The notes beneath the pieces were generated by a model. That model had not been told where the DNA came from, did no database searches, and saw only the letters and a program-made list of their open reading frames with translations. Shown here in pieces: positions 33,423-40,131 of a stretch of DNA of 40,131 nt. This DNA is from Patescibacteria group bacterium (GTDB lineage: Bacteria; Patescibacteriota; Minisyncoccia; Phycocordibacterales; 21-14-all-36-13), in NCBI GenBank assembly GCA_038065915.1, contig JBBTPZ010000014.1, forward strand, positions 1-40,131, written 5' to 3'. Made by a program: the position numbers and the translations under genes. Position 1 is the stretch's first letter. Every line of letters begins with the position of its first letter.

Positions 33423-34418
33423 ATGGAAAAAATAAAAAGAATCATTGAAAACTTTTTTGGGAAGTCAAATATAAGAGATTATGAGATTATAAGCACGATA
33501 ATCAGTGCTATTTTGATACTTGTCGCTTTTTATTTTTTCTTTTTATCTTCCCCGTTTAATTTTCCAGTTGGAACGATTGTTCGTATAGACGAAGGTGCTT
33601 CGTTGAATAAAATATCCCAAATTTTAAGTGAAAGAAATGTTATAAAATCACCATTCTTATTCAGGGTTTTTGTAAGGGCTGTCGGTGGAGACAAAGAAGC
33701 TAAATTTGGCGATTATTTTTTTAGCAAAAGAAGAAATGTTTTTACTGTTGCGAGCCGAATAATAAATGGAGAGTATGGTTTAACGCCAATCTCGATTACT
33801 ATACCGGAAGGCGCCACAACATTTGAAATGGCTGAAATATTTAGCAAGAAAATAAGTATTTTTAATTCTGAAAAATTTTTAAAACTCGCGGTGCCGGTGG
33901 AAGGATATCTTTTCCCCGATACATATTTTTTTCTGCCGAATATAACACCCGAACAAATTATTGATGCAATGAAAAATAATTTTATTAAAAAAGTTGGGGA
34001 CATATACAGCAAAATAGAAAGGTCCGACAAATCTCTCGAAGAAATAATAATTATGGCTTCTATCCTGGAAGAAGAAGCTAGAATATTTGAAACAAAAAAA
34101 ATTATTTCTGGAATTTTATGGCAAAGAATAAAAATAGGTATGCCGTTACAGGTTGATGCGGTTTTTCCATATATAATAGGTAAAAATACTTATGAATTAA
34201 CAAAAGAAGACCTTTCTATTGATTCTCCGTACAATACATATAAATATAAAGGACTTCCTTTCGGGCCGATATCAAATCCTGGAATTAGTTCAATAGAAGC
34301 TGCCATATCGCCTGTAAAAACAAACTATCTTTTTTATTTATCTGACAGAGACGGAAATATGCACTACGCAGAAACATTTGAAAAACACAAAATAAATAAA
34401 CTCAAATATATTTATTAG
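33423..34418 (+). CDS. mltG: Endolytic murein transglycosylase MltG (YceG-like)
   Basis: An N-terminal TM helix, then ASILEEEA, LQVDAVFPY, SPYNTYKYKGLPFGPISNPG and YLFYLSDRDGNMHYAETFEKH. Confidence 0.85.
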   Translation: MEKIKRIIENFFGKSNIRDYEIISTIISAILILVAFYFFFLSSPFNFPVGTIVRIDEGASLNKISQILSERNVIKSPFLFRVFVRAVGGDKEAKFGDYFFSKRRNVFTVASRIINGEYGLTPISITIPEGATTFEMAEIFSKKISIFNSEKFLKLAVPVEGYLFPDTYFFLPNITPEQIIDAMKNNFIKKVGDIYSKIERSDKSLEEIIIMASILEEEARIFETKKIISGILWQRIKIGMPLQVDAVFPYIIGKNTYELTKEDLSIDSPYNTYKYKGLPFGPISNPGISSIEAAISPVKTNYLFYLSDRDGNMHYAETFEKHKINKLKYIY

Positions 34419-34596
34419 CTTGATTTTACAACAATTTGTAAAGTGAACAATTGGGTAAAAGTTCCTTGAAAATTAGGGTGGTTTTTGATATAATATAAAC
34501 AAATCAGGAGTCACAAAAACACAAAATCATAAAATCAAGTTTTTATTTTTGCCGTGTTTTTATGTTTTCGTGATTTGGTGTTTTAATGAACATATT

Positions 34597-35229
34597 ATGG
34601 TTATCACATATCACGGTTTTGAATTTTTTAAAATGCAGTTTGGTGATGTGGTTGTGGCATTCAATCCGCCATCAAAAGAATCAGAACTCAAATCGTCAAG
34701 ATTTGGGGCTGATATTGTGTTGATTAGTTTAAAACACAAAGATTTAGATGGGGCAGAAACTTTATCCGGTGGAGACAAAAAATTATTTGTTATAAATGGT
34801 CCAGGAGAATATGAAATAAAAAATATTTTTATAAAAGGATTTTTATCAGAATCGTCTTATGGAGGTAAAAATAAAATAAACACAATTTATTTTTTGAAAA
34901 TAGAGGGTATGAATATATGTTTTCTTGGTGCGCTCGGTACAAATGAATTGTCGCAGGAAATAAAAGAGGATATGGATGACATAGACATACTTTTTGTTCC
35001 GATAGGCGACAAGGGTGTTTTGAATCCGAATGAGGCATACAAACTTGCTGTTAAATTACAACCGAAAATAATAATTCCAATGCACTATTTTGATGAAAAA
35101 GACCCGATGTTAAAAATGTTTCTTAGTGAAGAAGGAATAAAAAATATTCAGCCACTTGAAAAACTTACCATAAAACCGAAAGATTTAGCGGACAAAGACG
35201 GAGAAATAATTGTTTTAGCACAAAAATAA
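34597..35229 (+). CDS. MBL-fold metal-dependent hydrolase-like protein (UPF0173-like)
   Basis: MVITYHGFEFFKMQFGD..VAFNP... and IIIPMHY resemble the UPF0173 pattern. The ATG at 34597 is preferred over the track start at 34549. Confidence 0.5.
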   Translation: MVITYHGFEFFKMQFGDVVVAFNPPSKESELKSSRFGADIVLISLKHKDLDGAETLSGGDKKLFVINGPGEYEIKNIFIKGFLSESSYGGKNKINTIYFLKIEGMNICFLGALGTNELSQEIKEDMDDIDILFVPIGDKGVLNPNEAYKLAVKLQPKIIIPMHYFDEKDPMLKMFLSEEGIKNIQPLEKLTIKPKDLADKDGEIIVLAQK

Positions 35230-35230
35230 A

Positions 35231-35578
35231 ATGATTTTTGATAAAATACAAAAACTTCAACAAAAGCCAGTTCAAACAAGAAAAAAAATTGCTTTTGGAA
35301 TCTCGGCAGGGATAACAATTATTATACTTATAGTTTGGCTTTCTGTTTTTAATTTAAATTCCAATAATGCGGTGGTTGGAAATTCGCAAAAGGTAACAAA
35401 TAAAAATTCAGATTTAACTTCCCCATTTTCAAAAATAAAAAAAGATTTTGCACAAATATTTGAAAGTACTCCAGAAAAGTTTGGAAACTTAAAAAATTCA
35501 ACAACCTTGATTAATTCAACAAGTTCATCACAAATAACAGCAACTACCACTTCGACGAATTCGGTAAGTCCAGAGTAG
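35231..35578 (+). CDS. Small membrane-anchored hypothetical protein
   Basis: 115 aa with one TM helix and a Ser/Thr/Asn-rich tail. Confidence 0.45.
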   Translation: MIFDKIQKLQQKPVQTRKKIAFGISAGITIIILIVWLSVFNLNSNNAVVGNSQKVTNKNSDLTSPFSKIKKDFAQIFESTPEKFGNLKNSTTLINSTSSSQITATTTSTNSVSPE

Positions 35579-35761
35579 GTAAAATCAAAATTGAAAAATC
35601 CCTGCCTGCGGTAGGCAGGAAAATAAAAAATGCAAAGCAAAACACAAAAACGAAAAAGAATGAGAACAATGTTTAAATTTTTACATTTGTGTTTTTAATT
35701 TTTTCCGCCTAAGGCGGGTTAGCCTCGGACTGAGATATTTAATTTTTTAATTTAAGTTTAT

Positions 35762-38700
35762 ATGGCAAAAGAAAAAGAAAACAAAAAAATAATTGAAGAA
35801 AAAAAAATTGATAAGAATATCATAGATCAGGACATAAGTTCTGAAATGAGAACTTCCTATTTGGATTATGCGATGTCTGTTATAACGAGTAGAGCATTAC
35901 CCGATATAAGGGACGGGATGAAACCTGTTCACAGAAGGATTTTGTATGCTATGCACGATATGGGATTAAACGCTTCCGCAAAAACGAGAAAGTCGGCAGC
36001 TATAATTGGTGAAGTTCTCGGAAAATATCACCCACACGGAGACGCTTCTGTTTATGATGCGATGGTTAAACTTGCTCAAGATTTTTCAATGAGGTATCCA
36101 CTTGTTATTGGACAGGGAAACTTTGGCTGTTTTACAAAGGACACAAAAGTCAAACTGGCTGATGGCCGCAGTTTAAGCTTTGAAGATTTAATTAAAGAGT
36201 ATAAAAAGGGGAAAAAGAATTATACATACACAGTCAATCCAACTGGATTAATTTCGATTGCCGAAATTAAAAACCCCAGAGTAACTAGAAAAAATACTGA
36301 AATTATGAAAATTATATTGGACAATGGAGAAGAAATCAAATGTACTCCCAATCATTTATTCATGATGAAGGATAGTGTTTATAAAAAAGCAAAAGATTTA
36401 AAATTTGGCGAATCATTAATGCCTTTATATGAAAAATTATCGGAAAAAACTGATTATCTGAATCGTGATGGTTATATTTTAATATATCAAAATAAAATTG
36501 ACGAATGGATACCCGCGCACCATTTAGCTGATAACTACAACTTAACCGCTAAGAAATATTCAAAAAGAGAAGGTCGGGTAAGGCATCATTTAGATTTCAA
36601 CAAACTCAATAATAATCCTGATAATATACAAAGAATGGATTGGGGCGAACACTGGCGCATTCATTATGAACAGACCGCCAATTTGCATAAAAAGAAAGAA
36701 TATAGGGAAAAAATTGCTGAAGGAAGGAAGAAATTTTGGTCTAATCCAATTAATAGGGCAGAATACGCAAAAAGAATTTCTGAACGAAATTTTAAAAATT
36801 GGCAAAATTCTGAATATAGAGAAAAAATGAGTAAATTTTTGAGCGTGGCCAATAAAAAATATATTCAAAACCATCCAGAAAAAAGAATCGAATTTTCTAA
36901 ACGAGCGACAGAAACACTAAAAAAACTATGGCAAGATCCAGTTTATCAAAAACTGTTTCACGAAAAAATCGTTAGCGCGAACAAAAAAAGAATTACTAAC
37001 AATACCGGCAAGGTTAAGTTTCTTAAAATATGCCGAGAAGTTTTGAAAGAACATAAAATTTTAAATCAGGATTTATATAAACAAAAACGGGATATGATTT
37101 ACAGATACGGTTGTGCGACTTCTTGGCAAACCGGCATACAAAAATATTATAATAATGACGAGAAAATCTTGCTTGATGCTTTAAATAAAAACCACAAAGT
37201 TATAGAAATAAAATTCTTAAAACAAAAGGAAGATGTATATGATATAACAATAGAAAAAAGCCATAATTTTGCTCTAGCCGCGGGAGTTTTTGTTCACAAT
37301 TCGATTGATGGTGACCCCGCCGCCGCTCAAAGATATACAGAAGCAAAAATGTCAAAGCTTGCGGGAGAAATGATAAAGGACTTGGAAAAAGATACTGTAG
37401 ATTTTAAACCAAACTATGAAAACACAAGGAAAGAACCTGTAATACTTCCATCTGCAGTTCCAAATCTTATTTTAAATGGAACACTTGGTATTGCTGTTGG
37501 TATGGCAACAAACATACCTCCACATAATATAAAAGAAATTATTGATGCCACTGTTCATCTTATTGATAATAAAAATGCGACAACCGAAGAATTGGCTAAA
37601 TTTGTAAAGGGTCCGGATTTTCCAACCGGCGGGATAATTTTTGGAAGACAGGATATATTACACGCATATGTAAATGGAAGAGGGGGAATTTTAGTTAGAG
37701 GTGAGGCAGAAATATTTGAAGAAAAACCAGGACAGTTTCAAATAGTGATATCGTCAATTCCCTACAGAGTTAATAAAGCGGAACTTATACAAAAAGTAGC
37801 TGATTTAGTCAGAGACAAAAAGATAGAAGGAATAAGAGGCATCCGTGACGAATCAACGAAAGATATAAGAGTTGTAATAGAACTCAAGTCCGGTGCACAG
37901 CCAAATAAAATATTAAATTCATTGTATAAACACACTCAACTTGAAGACACTTTCCATGTGAATATGGTTGGTCTTGTTGACGGTGTTCCACAAACCTTAT
38001 CTTTAAAAACAATTTTAGAAGAATTTGTTTCTCATAGAATTATTGTGATAAAGAGAAGAACGGAATTTGATTTAAAAAAGACAGAGGCGAGAGAGCACAT
38101 TTTGATAGGTCTTAAAAAGGCCTTGGATTATATTGATAAAATAATAAAATTGATAAAGGCATCAAAAGATGCGCAAACCGCACACACGAATCTTATAAAA
38201 GAATTTAAATTTTCTCCACTTCAAGCAACCGCAATTCTTGAAATGAAATTGCAGAAATTGGCAGGATTGGAAAGAAAAAAACTGGAAGACGAATTGGAGG
38301 AAAAAAGAAATCTGATAAAAGAATTAAAATCCATTCTTGCTTCACCACACAAAATACTTTCAATCATTAAGGATGAGATGAAGGAAATAAAAGAAAAATA
38401 TGGCGATGAAAGAAAAACAAAAGTTTTTGCAAACAGAATTAAAGATATATCTGTTGAAGATATGATTCCAAACAAAGAAGAGGTCTTGGTTTTCACTGCT
38501 GGCGGTTATATAAAGAGGACGGACCCAACAGAATTTAAAACACAAAAAAGAGGAGGTGTTGGAGTTGTTGATATAAATACCAAGGAAGAGGATTTTGTAA
38601 CAAAATTTTTAACAGCATCCACTCATAGTGATTTATTATTTTTTACAGACAAAGGTAAAGTGTACCAGATAAAAATGTATGATTTGCCAGAAGGAAGAAG

Positions 38701-39403
38701 GGCTACAAGAGGAAAATCAATAATGAATTATATTTCTCTCGGAGAAGATGAAAAAATAACATCCATATTGCCGACGACGGCAGGAAAAGAAAAAGAAGGA
38801 TTGTCTCTTTTGATGCTCACAAAAAGCGGTGTTGTAAAAAAGACACTGGCCAAGAATTTTTCTGATGTTCGCAGAAGTGGAATTATTGCAATAAATCTTT
38901 CAAAAGATGACGAGCTTGTCTCCGCATCTTTTGTTGAAAAAGGAGACACTGTTGTTGTGGTAACAAAAAAAGGACAATCCATACACTTCAAGGAGATTGA
39001 CATAAGGGCTATGGGGAGAACTGCAGCTGGGGTTCGCGCAATTAAATTAGGTAAACAAGATGAAGTTGTTGGTATTGATATTGCGAAGAAAGACCTTAAA
39101 GATATTCAATTGCTTGTTATAACAAAAAATGGCTATGGCAAGAAAACACCACTAAAAGAGTATAAAGTTCAAAAAAGAGGAGGAAGTGGTATAAAAACAG
39201 CGAAAATAACCCCAAAAACAGGTGAATTAATGTCGTCAAAACTTGTTACTGATGTGGAAGAAGAAATAATATCAATATCAAAAAAAGGGCAGGTTATAAG
39301 AATAGATATTGAAGAAATACCAACATTGGGCAGGCAGACACAGGGAGTTAGAATAATGAAACTTAGAGATGGGGATAGTATTGTATCCTTAATCTGCTTG
39401 TAA
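35762..39403 (+). CDS. gyrA: DNA gyrase subunit A, interrupted by a 391-aa intein
   Basis: The exteins read [28 protein letters not shown] | [17 protein letters not shown], and are followed by the C-terminal beta-pinwheel repeats. Confidence 0.95.
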   Translation: MAKEKENKKIIEEKKIDKNIIDQDISSEMRTSYLDYAMSVITSRALPDIRDGMKPVHRRILYAMHDMGLNASAKTRKSAAIIGEVLGKYHPHGDASVYDAMVKLAQDFSMRYPLVIGQGNFGCFTKDTKVKLADGRSLSFEDLIKEYKKGKKNYTYTVNPTGLISIAEIKNPRVTRKNTEIMKIILDNGEEIKCTPNHLFMMKDSVYKKAKDLKFGESLMPLYEKLSEKTDYLNRDGYILIYQNKIDEWIPAHHLADNYNLTAKKYSKREGRVRHHLDFNKLNNNPDNIQRMDWGEHWRIHYEQTANLHKKKEYREKIAEGRKKFWSNPINRAEYAKRISERNFKNWQNSEYREKMSKFLSVANKKYIQNHPEKRIEFSKRATETLKKLWQDPVYQKLFHEKIVSANKKRITNNTGKVKFLKICREVLKEHKILNQDLYKQKRDMIYRYGCATSWQTGIQKYYNNDEKILLDALNKNHKVIEIKFLKQKEDVYDITIEKSHNFALAAGVFVHNSIDGDPAAAQRYTEAKMSKLAGEMIKDLEKDTVDFKPNYENTRKEPVILPSAVPNLILNGTLGIAVGMATNIPPHNIKEIIDATVHLIDNKNATTEELAKFVKGPDFPTGGIIFGRQDILHAYVNGRGGILVRGEAEIFEEKPGQFQIVISSIPYRVNKAELIQKVADLVRDKKIEGIRGIRDESTKDIRVVIELKSGAQPNKILNSLYKHTQLEDTFHVNMVGLVDGVPQTLSLKTILEEFVSHRIIVIKRRTEFDLKKTEAREHILIGLKKALDYIDKIIKLIKASKDAQTAHTNLIKEFKFSPLQATAILEMKLQKLAGLERKKLEDELEEKRNLIKELKSILASPHKILSIIKDEMKEIKEKYGDERKTKVFANRIKDISVEDMIPNKEEVLVFTAGGYIKRTDPTEFKTQKRGGVGVVDINTKEEDFVTKFLTASTHSDLLFFTDKGKVYQIKMYDLPEGRRATRGKSIMNYISLGEDEKITSILPTTAGKEKEGLSLLMLTKSGVVKKTLAKNFSDVRRSGIIAINLSKDDELVSASFVEKGDTVVVVTKKGQSIHFKEIDIRAMGRTAAGVRAIKLGKQDEVVGIDIAKKDLKDIQLLVITKNGYGKKTPLKEYKVQKRGGSGIKTAKITPKTGELMSSKLVTDVEEEIISISKKGQVIRIDIEEIPTLGRQTQGVRIMKLRDGDSIVSLICL
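36128..37300 (+). mobile_element. Intein with an HNH-type homing-endonuclease domain
   Basis: It starts with Cys ([13 protein letters not shown]) and has block B (CTPNHLF). It ends ...[22 protein letters not shown] followed by Ser+1. The internal HNH motif is [28 protein letters not shown], followed by repeated (W/Y)xNxEYREK-like helical modules. Confidence 0.9.
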
Positions 39404-39488
39404 TCTTTTCCCCACTTTTAAAACTAAATTAAGATTTTTGTTATATAATTTAAGTTCACCCTGTTAAATAATTTTAAGAATAATTTTT

Positions 39489-39537
39489 CAGATTTGAGAT
39501 TTCAGATTTTAGATTTTAGATTTTAGATTTGAGATTA
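39489..39537 (+). repeat. (AGATTTT)n 7-bp tandem repeat upstream of the methyltransferase gene
   Basis: The units are cagatttg agattt cagatttt agatttt agatttt agattt gagatt. The inverse family (ATCTAAN)n lies at 20960-20996, upstream of 20999..22255. Confidence 0.8.
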
Positions 39538-39544
39538 GTTTAAA

Positions 39545-40096
39545 ATGTTTATAGACCCACAGAACAACATAAAACAATTTAATTTAAGTCCCGGAATGAA
39601 GGTGGCTGATGTTGGAGCTGGCTCTGGTTTTAATAGTTTTGCCGCCGCGAAAGAAGTTGGAGAAAAGGGGATTATTTATGCGATTGACATTCAAAAAGAT
39701 TTATTATCAAAGATAAAAAATGAATCCAGGAAAAGAAATATTTTTAATATAGAAATAATTTGGGGTGATGCAGAAAAAGAAAATGGTACTCGTTTGGGAA
39801 ATGAATCAGTTGATGCTGTTATTGTCTCCAACCTATTTTTTCAAATAGAAAAAAAAGATGATTTTTTAAAAGAAATTTTTAGAATATTAAAATCAAACGG
39901 AAAATTATTTTTTATTGACTGGAGTGATTCTTTTGGTGGCATTGGTCCATCAAAAGAAAGTTTTGTACCAGAAGAAGAAGCAAAAAAACTTTTAGAAAAA
40001 AGTGGTTTTTTGATTGAAAAGAAAATTTTTGTTGGGGAATATCATTATGGGTTTATTTTAAATAAAAAAGCTCCGGGGGAGCTTTTTTATCCATAA
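39545..40096 (+). CDS. Class I SAM-dependent methyltransferase
   Basis: VADVGAGSGFNSFAAA (motif I), then AIDIQ and VDAVIVSNLFF. Confidence 0.8.
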   Translation: MFIDPQNNIKQFNLSPGMKVADVGAGSGFNSFAAAKEVGEKGIIYAIDIQKDLLSKIKNESRKRNIFNIEIIWGDAEKENGTRLGNESVDAVIVSNLFFQIEKKDDFLKEIFRILKSNGKLFFIDWSDSFGGIGPSKESFVPEEEAKKLLEKSGFLIEKKIFVGEYHYGFILNKKAPGELFYP

Positions 40097-40131
40097 TTCA
40101 AAATCTCTTAACGAGATTTTGGATCCATAAT

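Overview
This is a strongly AT-rich, compact bacterial window, and every credible gene lies on the + strand. The gene content suggests a small-genome Patescibacteria/CPR-like organism (inference): an intein-split gyrA, a fused membrane/spermidine-synthase-like protein, a sigma-region-4/HARE-HTH protein, a DUF5671-type membrane protein and a short pheS.

The left third (0.7-13.4 kb) is a copper island. It holds CsoR plus two 17-nt CsoR-type palindromic boxes, each heading a transcription unit. These units encode Cys/His-motif envelope proteins, two CcdA-like proteins (one broken by an in-frame TAG), a thioredoxin-fold protein, Cfa and a CopA P1B-ATPase.

The rest is housekeeping (pheS, pheT, gyrB, gyrA, ychF, leuS, mltG), with a small accessory patch: an orphan gene, an ArsR-type regulator and a Cas4/RecB-like nuclease.

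The most unusual signals are short repeat families woven through genes:
- A 4x GCAGAT array with 10/14/10 spacing occurs as inverted-arm pairs inserted in frame in pheS and leuS. One pair brackets a ~460-nt extra domain in leuS.
- Three 90-190-nt elements have 11-14-bp terminal inverted repeats and a conserved 9-codon uORF (MNPV[RK]NL[IV]N). Their 3' arm abuts the start codon of the downstream gene.
- GC-rich mini-hairpins are inserted in frame in cfa and in the spermidine-synthase-like gene.

Other notable features:
- an HNH-type intein in gyrA at a non-classical site;
- an apparently intact NlpC/P60 domain embedded in PheT;
- a GIY-YIG ORF flanked by 12-bp inverted repeats between pheS and pheT;
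- a 200-nt gene-conversion tract between tandem paralogs.

No tRNA, rRNA or CRISPR array could be supported.
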